Shown here: positions 9,565 through 18,258 of the stretch, in pieces
How positions within the stretch are numbered: position 1 is the first letter of the stretch
Layout: every line of letters starts with the position of its first letter
Sequence record: SRR31156797_1106
Length of the DNA stretch: 64,000 bases
Direction: 5' to 3' (one strand)
Made by a program: the position numbers and the translations under genes
Notes under the pieces: model-generated
Seen by the model: the letters and a program-made list of their open reading frames with translations, nothing else
What the model was told of the DNA's origin: nothing
Database searches by the model: none

Positions 9565-10491
9565 TCAGTCAAGACCAATGACGCTGTCTAAGTGTGCTTC
9601 TTGCAGGTTGGCACCATCTAGTCTTGCCCCTGTGAGATTGGCACGGATTAAGTTTGCACCTCGGAGATCTGCGCCTCTGAGGTCTGCATTTTGGAGATTT
9701 GCCCCTGGGAGATTGGCATATTTAAGGAGTGCATTTCTGAGATTAGCACCCTGGAGGTCAGCTCGACGCAGATTGGCCATCCGCAGATCCGCATTATTCA
9801 GGTTGGCTTGCGCCAGTTTGGCCGCAACTAAATTTGCTTTATATAAATCAGCACCGGCCATATTGCACCCGGGACAGTCTTTAGCAACCCATTTGACTGT
9901 GGCTTGGGTATCTTTTGTTCCAGGATAGGGAGCTGCGGGCTCGGTAACACCGAAATGCTCGGTTGTTTGATTTTGGCGATGACTATTTTTCCCTTCAGGA
10001 GAAGCGGACATTTCCTGTTGCTGTTGTTTTCGGGCCGATTTACGGAAGCTTTTTTTCTTTGCAGGAGCAGCAACAGAAAGATGATTGCGGTCACCTGGAA
10101 AATATTCTGCCGAGTATTCGATTACATCCGCGCTATTGGCAAGGTAAATTTTATCACGGTCGTTTTTCATGAAAACCCGGTAACATTTTAAGTCTCCATA
10201 CCACCAGCTTTTCATCTTTAAGCAAACTTGGCCGTCTTCACTGACGTCCCACTTTCCTATATCCCTGTTGGCGTAAAGATCTTTGCCGAACAAACGGCTT
10301 GAAGGGTCAAAATAAAGATAGCTATCTTCTTCAGAAGACTGGACGTAGAGAGTGTTCCCTTCTACCAGCTCGACTATTTCGGCCGGGAGTAGTTCCTTGG
10401 TACCTGGCTGGCTGGTTATGGTGCCGACTGTTGCCGGGGAGCAACCAAACAGTAATAAGATGGAGAGGGCAAGGGGGATAAACTGGTGCAT
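9565..10491 (-). CDS. pentapeptide-repeat lipoprotein
   Basis: Lipobox LLFGC; C-terminal CPGC followed by many A(D/N)Lxx repeats; start 10491 or 10506. Confidence 0.85.
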   Translation of the reverse strand: MHQFIPLALSILLLFGCSPATVGTITSQPGTKELLPAEIVELVEGNTLYVQSSEEDSYLYFDPSSRLFGKDLYANRDIGKWDVSEDGQVCLKMKSWWYGDLKCYRVFMKNDRDKIYLANSADVIEYSAEYFPGDRNHLSVAAPAKKKSFRKSARKQQQQEMSASPEGKNSHRQNQTTEHFGVTEPAAPYPGTKDTQATVKWVAKDCPGCNMAGADLYKANLVAAKLAQANLNNADLRMANLRRADLQGANLRNALLKYANLPGANLQNADLRGADLRGANLIRANLTGARLDGANLQEAHLDSVIGLD

Positions 10492-10606
10492 GGCTCTGGC
10501 GGGCAAGTTTCGCGTGAACAGTAATCACGCATTTACAGGGAGCAGTTTATGACTAAAAATATACTACACGTACCTGTGAAATTTCGCCATCCTCTTCTTG
10601 GCTGAA

Positions 10607-11446
10607 TTACTTCCGACTGGAATCCGTCGTGTCGTGAACCTGAGGGGTGGCTATGTTAAATCTTTCCCTGATCTTCGCCAGTGGCACAAGGTCGGCTTGT
10701 CGGGATGAAGGGGTAAGAAATGAGAGGAGTTTTGTTTTTAAAATAGTGGGGTTAAGTTCACTTTGAATGGCAATGACCCCTTCCATGATAATTTTTTGAA
10801 GCAGCAGTTCATGGTTGGTTCGTTCCCTGAGGTTGGCAGCAAAGGGTATAAAAAAGAAATTTGCAAAAACAAGCCCATACAGGGTTGATGTTAGAGCGAC
10901 CGGGACTGTTTTAAGGATAACTGAGGTATCGCCAATACCTGCCAGCATGGAAATGAGGCCAACAACTGAACCTATGATGCCAAATGCAGGGAAAAAATCA
11001 CCGATGGTACGCAGGATTCTTTCACTATCTTCTCTGCGCAGTTTGAAAAAATACATTTCGGTGTTTAAAATATCGCGAATTTGATGGGGCTCATAATTGT
11101 CAACCAAACAGCCGAGTCCCCTGCGGAGAAAGAGGATAGATGTTTCGTGTTCTTCCTCCTGCAGCGATAAGACGCCTTCCATGCGGGATTTTATGGCAAG
11201 GTTGATCAGGATGTTGACTATATCCTCCTCGGAAATGGTTCTTTGGGCGTACGAGGCACGGATAACCAGAAAGACTATTTTTAACCTGCTGATTTTAAAA
11301 CTTAATAGGGCTGCGGCGGCGCTGCCGCCGAGAACGATCGACAGTCCTGCAAAATTAAAATAAAGACCCAGGTTGCCTTTAATTAAAAAGCCGGTAATAA
11401 AAATAACAACACACAGGGTGAATCCGATCAGGTTTTGTCTTCTCAT
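10607..11446 (-). CDS. MotA/PomA-family stator A subunit
   Basis: Four hydrophobic segments, PAFGIIGSVVGLI and ALTSTLYG motifs. Confidence 0.88.
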   Translation of the reverse strand: MRRQNLIGFTLCVVIFITGFLIKGNLGLYFNFAGLSIVLGGSAAAALLSFKISRLKIVFLVIRASYAQRTISEEDIVNILINLAIKSRMEGVLSLQEEEHETSILFLRRGLGCLVDNYEPHQIRDILNTEMYFFKLRREDSERILRTIGDFFPAFGIIGSVVGLISMLAGIGDTSVILKTVPVALTSTLYGLVFANFFFIPFAANLRERTNHELLLQKIIMEGVIAIQSELNPTILKTKLLSFLTPSSRQADLVPLAKIRERFNIATPQVHDTTDSSRK

Positions 11447-11461
11447 GATAACCTTATTTTA

Positions 11462-12586
11462 TTATGGGGCAACCTTGGCCCTGTCAACTGCAGGCGGTGT
11501 TTCTTTGGAGAGAATGATTTCTACTCTTCTGTTTTTACTTCTGTTCTTTTCGTTGGTGTTTGGTTGAACTGGCCGGAAATAACTAAATCCTGATACCACT
11601 ATTTGTCTGCCTGGCACCCCAATATCCTCGATCAGAAAACGTGCAACCCGGCTCGCTCTTGCAACCGACAGCTCCCAGTTGCTGGGGAAAAGGTCCGAAT
11701 GCATAGGGACGGAATCGGTATGGCCTACTATGTTTATCATGTAAGGTGTCTGTGCGATGATGACAGAAAGGCTGCGAAGAGACTCCAGGGCCTGCTTCGA
11801 TATTTCTGCCTTGCCTGAATCAAAAAGCAGGTCTCCTGCCAGGATAATGCGGACGGTTTTATCCGGAATTAACTCCACCGAGGCAAATCTGGCCATATTT
11901 TCATCGGTGAGGGTTGTTTTGGAAAGGTCATAAATCTCAGTGAAAATTTTTTCTTTGGCAGTCGCTTGTTCTATTTGCGCTTTGTTTGTTCCTTCTGCAA
12001 TCTGCCAGGATTCTTCAACCACCAGTTCACGTGTAATAACAGTATCGGAAGGTGTCGGGGAGAGGGGAGGCGGAACTGGCTCCGCAGGGAGCGGCCTGAT
12101 TGAATCGGTTGCAATAGTGTTGATAGGAATGTTTTTCCCTGCCAGGTTTTCATCAGTCTTGATTATTTCTTCAGGCACGCGCTCTACGGATTTAAGCGTG
12201 TCTGAGCTACGTTTAGAAATCTGGGGAGAGATAGGGTAAAACGGAACGGTCGCTTTTGGTGATAATGGTGGTCTGGAAATGATTGACCCCGCTACCACTT
12301 CAACACTTTCTTGATCAAAAAACTCACGATTGGCGAGTTGATACACAAAAAGAGTGAGAAAGAGGATAAACATGGTCATCATCAGGTCCGACCATGCTAT
12401 GGACCAGTGAACAGGTCGAGGAGTACGGGAACGAAAAAAAGAATCTTCTATGACAAAGGTAGGCTGTGTTGTCGCCTTATGCCAATCAACCGGCGGCCTG
12501 GATATACCACCGTTGTTTTCGGGTTTTTTGCCCTCATCCTCTGCTGCCAAGTGAGTTGACTGGGGGTGGATTGTATAATCTTCCAT
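11462..12586 (-). CDS. MotB-family stator B subunit (OmpA-like domain)
   Basis: TM helix WSIAWSDLMM with conserved Asp; GHTD, SNWELS..RA, NRRVEI. Confidence 0.9.
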   Translation of the reverse strand: MEDYTIHPQSTHLAAEDEGKKPENNGGISRPPVDWHKATTQPTFVIEDSFFRSRTPRPVHWSIAWSDLMMTMFILFLTLFVYQLANREFFDQESVEVVAGSIISRPPLSPKATVPFYPISPQISKRSSDTLKSVERVPEEIIKTDENLAGKNIPINTIATDSIRPLPAEPVPPPLSPTPSDTVITRELVVEESWQIAEGTNKAQIEQATAKEKIFTEIYDLSKTTLTDENMARFASVELIPDKTVRIILAGDLLFDSGKAEISKQALESLRSLSVIIAQTPYMINIVGHTDSVPMHSDLFPSNWELSVARASRVARFLIEDIGVPGRQIVVSGFSYFRPVQPNTNEKNRSKNRRVEIILSKETPPAVDRAKVAP

Positions 12587-12752
12587 GCCTTTTTATCGAC
12601 ACATTTTCTATTGAACACAAGTTGAATCTTAATTTGTCACAAGAATATCGATCAGATAGTGGCATATTATCATCATAGATAATCATTTACCCTAGTTTTT
12701 TTTCATTGCTGACAGATAGAGCCTGAGCTGGGGTAGGTCTCGTTCTTATGCG

Positions 12753-13592
12753 TTATTTATTTTGGGTAAAAGCAGCTGTGAGGAAGGTCGGTTGCAACGA
12801 ATCAAGTTTCTTTAAACTTGCTGTAACATCTTTCACCGAGCGTTGTTCAAGGGTGCAGAGTATATGCTGGTTTTTTATGCTATTGAAAAAACCGGGAAAA
12901 TCAAAAGAACCTGTTCCTATTGCCTGATGGGCATCTCTTGTACCATCGTTGTCGTGCAAATGGACTTGGCCCAGCCAGGGGCGAAGGTTTTTAACCCAAT
13001 CTTCCCATGGGGTGCTTGAAAAAGCAAGTACATGGCCAACATCCAGACAGAATTTGGCAGAAAACGGTTCGAGTCTTGAAAAAAGAGCGAGGTGAATTGA
13101 TGGATCCGGTTCGTAGGTGTTTTCAAACATGACCGGTATATTTTCTCGTTCGGCAAGCGGTAGCAAGTGGCTCCAGGTTTCAACACTTGTGTCCAGCCAG
13201 CGTTCAAGATCATGGGCATGTTTGTATGGTTCGAACCCAAGGTGACAAACAATGCTTTTGGGTTGGAAAATAGGGAGCAGTGTAAAGGCTCGGTGTAGTT
13301 TTTGGCGTGATAAAGATAGTATTCGAGAGTCAAATCCGCCAGGGACAAGGTCATGAAAAGGAGCATGTAGAGTGCAGGAGAGTCCGTGGTTCCTGAGTTT
13401 GTCAGCTATGGCCTGAAAGGTTTTGTCAGGTTCGGTCCACAGAAAATTGCCTTCAAGACCTATTTCTGGTTGGAGTTTGTTGTCTAAAAATAAGGGAAGC
13501 AGGTCGGTGGGGCAAAGACGATCAAATGGTGTGTTGATAAAACAAGATCTGGTGAGGTGTTGGTACTGTTTAAGGTCTGGCTGCGGAGTCAT
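12753..13592 (-). CDS. sugar phosphate isomerase/epimerase family (AP endonuclease 2-like TIM barrel)
   Basis: LHAPF, FEN, CLDVGH, HLHDNDG..DAH metal-binding motifs. Confidence 0.85.
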   Translation of the reverse strand: MTPQPDLKQYQHLTRSCFINTPFDRLCPTDLLPLFLDNKLQPEIGLEGNFLWTEPDKTFQAIADKLRNHGLSCTLHAPFHDLVPGGFDSRILSLSRQKLHRAFTLLPIFQPKSIVCHLGFEPYKHAHDLERWLDTSVETWSHLLPLAERENIPVMFENTYEPDPSIHLALFSRLEPFSAKFCLDVGHVLAFSSTPWEDWVKNLRPWLGQVHLHDNDGTRDAHQAIGTGSFDFPGFFNSIKNQHILCTLEQRSVKDVTASLKKLDSLQPTFLTAAFTQNK

Positions 13593-13597
13593 GATAG

Positions 13598-13627
13598 AAA
13601 AAACCCGCCACATTAAAGTGGCGGGTT
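13598..13627 (-). terminator. intrinsic terminator after the molybdoenzyme operon
   Basis: 10-bp stem aacccgccac/gtggcgggtt with U-run on the minus strand. Confidence 0.75.
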
Positions 13628-13653
13628 AAAAACCATAGAATGGAAGGACAGGT

Positions 13654-14454
13654 TTACTCTTTTTCCTGTTTGAGCGATTTGGCCAAAAGACCTCCAGCCA
13701 ATCCAATCAGTCCTAGTTCCTTGATCTGCTTCAGAGCCGGTTGTGACATTTTAGCCAACATGATACGTCTGAGCGAAGCCTCTGGCATTTCTTGAGGAGC
13801 GTTTTGCATCAGCAATTCCATGTCTGCTTTTTTACTGCCGTAATAGCGACCGTTTGAACCAATCTGAACAGCTGACGATGTGAGGGCGACGGCACCCTTT
13901 TTGACATATTGTGAGACCTCCGAATCAGGATCATCGAGGTCGCCAAAAATCCTGGCTCCAGCGAGACAGGTCTGTACACAAGAGGGGATCAGCCCTTTTG
14001 CAACCCTTGGCATACAATAAGTGCATTTGTCGGCTTTACCGTCGCTTTCGTCATCTGCGAGATCTTCGTTAATATACCTGGCACCATAGGGGCAGGCATC
14101 ACGACAGGCGCCGCAGCCTATACAGCGTTCCTTATCAATCTGGACAGTACCGTTAAATGGGTCTTTCCAGGTTGCAGCGACTTCCATGGTGACAGTCTTT
14201 CCGCTTTTTGCATCCTTCATGGTCATGTTGACTGTGTCAGCAGGGCAGACGTCGACACAGGGGGGCTCATCGCAGTGGTTACAAAGACCAGGGTAATAGG
14301 TGTAGGACATGCCGGCCGATGTGTTTGCCGGTCCAAGTCGATGTACCCAGTTGCGTCCAAACTCAGCGGGCACCTCCCACTCAGCTTTACAGGCAATTGT
14401 GCAGGCGTGACAGCCAACACATTTGTCGATATCGATAATCATGCCATATTGCAT
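13654..14454 (-). CDS. four-cluster Fe-S subunit (PsrB/PhsB/NrfC-like)
   Basis: CVGCHACTIAC, CNHCDEPPCVDVCP, CIGCGACRDACPY, KCTYC...SCVQTC. Confidence 0.92.
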   Translation of the reverse strand: MQYGMIIDIDKCVGCHACTIACKAEWEVPAEFGRNWVHRLGPANTSAGMSYTYYPGLCNHCDEPPCVDVCPADTVNMTMKDAKSGKTVTMEVAATWKDPFNGTVQIDKERCIGCGACRDACPYGARYINEDLADDESDGKADKCTYCMPRVAKGLIPSCVQTCLAGARIFGDLDDPDSEVSQYVKKGAVALTSSAVQIGSNGRYYGSKKADMELLMQNAPQEMPEASLRRIMLAKMSQPALKQIKELGLIGLAGGLLAKSLKQEKE

Positions 14455-14515
14455 TTCTCATTCCTCCAGAGAATATCTTAATTGATGGTTGCGGTCGTGT
14501 TGTTTAATGCCACCA

Positions 14516-16732
14516 TCAACTGACTTTCACAAGTTTGACAAAGTTATTGCGCATACCATGGCAACCTGTTTCAGGATCAACAGCAAGCTTGGTGATAAGG
14601 CTCGTATCATCAATACCTTTGTTGTGGCCTACTGTCAGCTCAGGGTTCATTGAGCCGAAACCGTGGTAGATATAGACCGCATCTTCACGGATACCAGGTG
14701 TGATTTTGACGGTTGCCGTTGTGCGTGACTTAACACCGTCTTGGTTTACCATGGAGACGGTATCACCTTCTTTGAAACCCAGTTTGGAGGCAACTTTGTC
14801 GTTGAGCCACACAGGTGTGCTATCCATGGCAGCCATCAGCCATGAATTATTTTGGGTGCGGTTGAAGGTGTGTACCGGTGAACGACCGTATAAAAGGCGC
14901 ATATATCCTTGAGGTGCCCTTTCCACTGGAATATAGGTTGGGATGGGCGGGTAACCGGCATCTTCCAGGTCTTCATTGTAAAAAATAACGGTCATGTCTT
15001 CTGAAATGCCGTATGGATCTTTACCAGGCTGGATATGGATTCCATCTTTAGCACGAATTTTATCTATGCTGAGGCCAACGCCAGCGAGACGGGTATTGAC
15101 CATCTCAACCTGATCCTTGGTGGGGATGAATTCACCGTATCCCATGCGTTTGGCGAGTTCATTGGTGATCCAGATGCCGTCTTTACGCTCAAATTCAGGG
15201 TCTACCAGAGGCATGCGAGGGGCAATATATTGCTGGTGTTTGTCGGCAAAATTCCACTGGGTGCCAGTCTTTATGTAATCGTAGCGCTCGAGATATGAGC
15301 ATTCTGGAAGGAGAATGTCGGCATACATGGTGATATCTGTGGGCATGACATCTGTACACATGACAAAATCCATCTGCTCGAGCATCTTGATGGTTTTTTC
15401 CTGGTTCGGGATAGTTTGAATCGGATTCTGTCCCCAGATAACACATCCCTTTATGGGGTAGGGCTTGCCGGTAATGGCAGCATCTCGAATCAAGTCCGTA
15501 GGCGTTCCCGGAGGAGAGAAGTCATAGGAGTTTTCAGAATGGTCACTGAGCAGATCTGGATCATGCTCACCATGGGGCCATTTTACTTTTTTCAGACCCT
15601 TGGGGCCTTTGGGCGGAACAAATGCGCCTTTAACGCCAAAGGCACCGAGTACGCCGGTCAGGCAGGCAAGTGCACGTTGACGTTGAAAGTCATTACCATA
15701 CCAGGACACATGGCGACCAGGGTGGATAGCCACGTTCGGCATGTTGGCGGCCAGCAGGTCGGCGACTTCCTTGATCTGTGCTACGGGTATATCGCACTCA
15801 GCAGCAGCTTTCTCCAGGGTCCACTCTTTGATACCTTCTGCAAATTCCTCAAACCCTTCACCGTATTCATCGATAAAGTCTGCGGCATATTTATCATTTT
15901 GGATCAGGTAGTTCATTATTGCAAGAAGCATTGCCGTGTCCGTTCCTGGACGGATGGGCACCCAGATGTCTGCTTTTGCTGCTGATGCTGAAAAACGTGG
16001 ATCAACAACAACCAGTTTTGCTCCGTTCTCCAATCCTTTGAGATAGCGCTTGAGATGAGAGACATGAACATTTTCACCAAAGTGGCCGCCTAAAAGGAAA
16101 ATGACCTTGGTATTCGGCATATCCACATTTTCCCCAGGGGGCTGTTCGATGGTGGCCATATAGGCCATGTCTCTGATGCCGCGGCACTGGAAAAAAGAAG
16201 CTTCAGACACATTTGGGGTGCCAACAGTATGCTCAAAAAAATGAAACGGATAGCTGGCAGATGCTCCATGGGGAAATATTGCAAGCGCTTCAGGCCCATG
16301 TTCGGTGATCACTTCTTTAAGTTGGGTGGCACAGGTATCCAGTGCTTCATCCCAAGTGATACGTTGCCATTTGGGAGCTCCCCTTTTGCCAACATTTTTC
16401 ATAGGATACTTCAGGCGGTCTGGGTCATAAAGCAGCTTAACGCCAGCGTTGCCGCGAGCACATATGGAAGCACCGTTGTCAATGGACTTTGGATTGCCTT
16501 CAATCTTTACCAGGCGACCATCACGAACTTTTCCAACCAGTTGGCATCTCCAAAAACACATTTCGCAGACACCGCCTACAACTGTCTTGGTATCTTTAAA
16601 ACTTCCCTGGGGTACCAGTGGTGCTTTTACAACTCCAGTCTCTGCTTTTGCCACTACTTTTGATAGCGGCACGGACGCAGCGGCAATGGAGGCGGTTTTT
16701 AAAAAATTCCGCCTGGAAAGATGTATTGCCAT
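14516..16732 (-). CDS. Tat-exported molybdopterin oxidoreductase, PsrA/PhsA-like catalytic subunit
   Basis: SRRNFLK Tat motif; CEMCFWRC...CARG FS0 cluster; DPDRLKYPM, PGTDTA, ADILLP; candidate Mo-ligand Cys in FFQCRG. Confidence 0.9.
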   Translation of the reverse strand: MAIHLSRRNFLKTASIAAASVPLSKVVAKAETGVVKAPLVPQGSFKDTKTVVGGVCEMCFWRCQLVGKVRDGRLVKIEGNPKSIDNGASICARGNAGVKLLYDPDRLKYPMKNVGKRGAPKWQRITWDEALDTCATQLKEVITEHGPEALAIFPHGASASYPFHFFEHTVGTPNVSEASFFQCRGIRDMAYMATIEQPPGENVDMPNTKVIFLLGGHFGENVHVSHLKRYLKGLENGAKLVVVDPRFSASAAKADIWVPIRPGTDTAMLLAIMNYLIQNDKYAADFIDEYGEGFEEFAEGIKEWTLEKAAAECDIPVAQIKEVADLLAANMPNVAIHPGRHVSWYGNDFQRQRALACLTGVLGAFGVKGAFVPPKGPKGLKKVKWPHGEHDPDLLSDHSENSYDFSPPGTPTDLIRDAAITGKPYPIKGCVIWGQNPIQTIPNQEKTIKMLEQMDFVMCTDVMPTDITMYADILLPECSYLERYDYIKTGTQWNFADKHQQYIAPRMPLVDPEFERKDGIWITNELAKRMGYGEFIPTKDQVEMVNTRLAGVGLSIDKIRAKDGIHIQPGKDPYGISEDMTVIFYNEDLEDAGYPPIPTYIPVERAPQGYMRLLYGRSPVHTFNRTQNNSWLMAAMDSTPVWLNDKVASKLGFKEGDTVSMVNQDGVKSRTTATVKITPGIREDAVYIYHGFGSMNPELTVGHNKGIDDTSLITKLAVDPETGCHGMRNNFVKLVKVS

Positions 16733-17338
16733 TTACTGTTCCTCCTTGGTGAAAAAATCAATTAACTGTATCGACACCCTGTAAAATGGGTGACGAGCTT
16801 CTTGTATACTGTCTTTGAAAAATCGTATAAACCATGGCCGAAAGAGCGAGTGTAAAAAAAGAGTCTCCTCTTCCACTCGGTTTTCTGCAGCGAGTGCTGC
16901 TAAAAATTCAAGCTCATGCTGGATGTGGTCTGGTGGTTCGTTGGATGAAATAACTTCATACCCGCAGCTTCGATAAAAATCTTTCGTTTTTTCTGTAGTC
17001 TTGCCCTGGATGGATCGGTCACCATCCATATAGACTGAGGCGTAAGGAGGAATAATTCTTCCTGTCGCTGTATTTATAAAGAGCTGCGTGTATTCAATTT
17101 GGAGATCAGCAATAACGTCAGTTGTTTGCGTTCGCCATTCTTGAATGTTGGTATATTCTTCTTTCCAATCAAGAGATTGTAATAACGCTTCGTATGCATC
17201 AAGAAACTGGCTGTCTAAAAAGGAAGAACTCGGATAACGCATTGTCAGAGCGAGGAAGCCATAGATTTCACTCAGCAAGGTCGCTTCTGTAGAAAGTTCG
17301 GTTTCCAGGTCGGAAGTTTGGGATTCTGTGCTATGCAT
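16733..17338 (-). CDS. TorD/DmsD-family maturation chaperone
   Basis: PPYASVY and EPPDHIQHELEFL motifs; abuts the catalytic subunit gene. Confidence 0.92.
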   Translation of the reverse strand: MHSTESQTSDLETELSTEATLLSEIYGFLALTMRYPSSSFLDSQFLDAYEALLQSLDWKEEYTNIQEWRTQTTDVIADLQIEYTQLFINTATGRIIPPYASVYMDGDRSIQGKTTEKTKDFYRSCGYEVISSNEPPDHIQHELEFLAALAAENRVEEETLFLHSLFRPWFIRFFKDSIQEARHPFYRVSIQLIDFFTKEEQ

Positions 17339-17967
17339 GGAGTGGAAATATAATCTTGGGAGTTAACAGAAGTGAAACTTACAAAGAAAATAACGTGGAC
17401 ATTTTTTCACCAGGTATCCAGTGCTTTAGCTGGGTAAGAAAGCGTATCATAGCTGCTGTATGGGTAATATGGATGACTTTGTATCAAATGATCATGTTCA
17501 CACAACGTAGCATATAATCTACTAATACACAATAACCGTCTCTATGGTGCGTAACCTTTCAATGGGGAGGTCAAAAAGACTCTTTACCATATATGATTAA
17601 ATGGAGTGGCAAAGCCCAAATGTCAGTAGGTGACGGTAACCTTTAAATAGCCTGCTACAGGCAAACGACTGGCCTGCTGATAGGTATCTTGCACGTAGCG
17701 GCGCGAGGGAACTTATCAGATGTGGGGGCAGAGGGAAAAATAATTTTTAGTTTTTTAAGCTTTAGTAAAGGCGGAGACCGGTGGGTGGCGACTGGCATAT
17801 CAAGCATATCTTGTTTTTTGGGAAAGTGTTTGGTGTCGAAAGGAGTATGAGGTGTAATGAAGGAGCAAGCATGAAAGAATAATTGTTTTTAAGGGAATTA
17901 TCGCTGAATCATCATTCATTGTTGTCGATCTGTTAGAGAATATAAATCAAAAAAAATAAACAGGCGC

Positions 17968-17996
17968 TTGCCAGTATAAATATTATCTGTTATAGT
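17968..17996 (+). promoter_or_regulatory. sigma70-type promoter (distal) of the MFS gene
   Basis: TTGCCA-17-TATAGT with TG extension. Confidence 0.55.
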
Positions 17997-18102
17997 TTTT
18001 GGTTTTCCATTCGTATGTTGTTGAATTTCTTGCATTTTTCGTGCCGTACTCCCTCTCCCGCCCCGGTCCCACGTCTTGGCCAATTTTCATGCTTTTTATC
18101 AC

Positions 18103-18131
18103 TTGACTCGCAGAATGCGGATTGTTATAAG
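18103..18131 (+). promoter_or_regulatory. sigma70-type promoter (proximal) of the MFS gene
   Basis: TTGACT-17-TATAAG with TG extension. Confidence 0.55.
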
Positions 18132-18258
18132 GGCTAAACTTCATTTTCATATTTCTTGCTGAAGTGGTTGTATTGATTGCGTTGTCCATTAATAGATACG
18201 GGGAGTCAACTCCGTATCCTGTAGCAATAGTAAATCATACAAGGGGGAGGTAAGTTTC

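Noticed and set aside
10607..12586. Zorya (ZorAB) defence system
   Set aside because: The A subunit lacks the long cytoplasmic tail and no zorC/D/E-like genes are adjacent.
17340..17960. Possible Moco or c-di-GMP riboswitch, or CRP/HcpR box (aatga-N6-tcaca at 17487-17502), upstream of the molybdoenzyme operon
   Set aside because: No riboswitch consensus recognised and only one good half-site; needs an Infernal/PWM scan.
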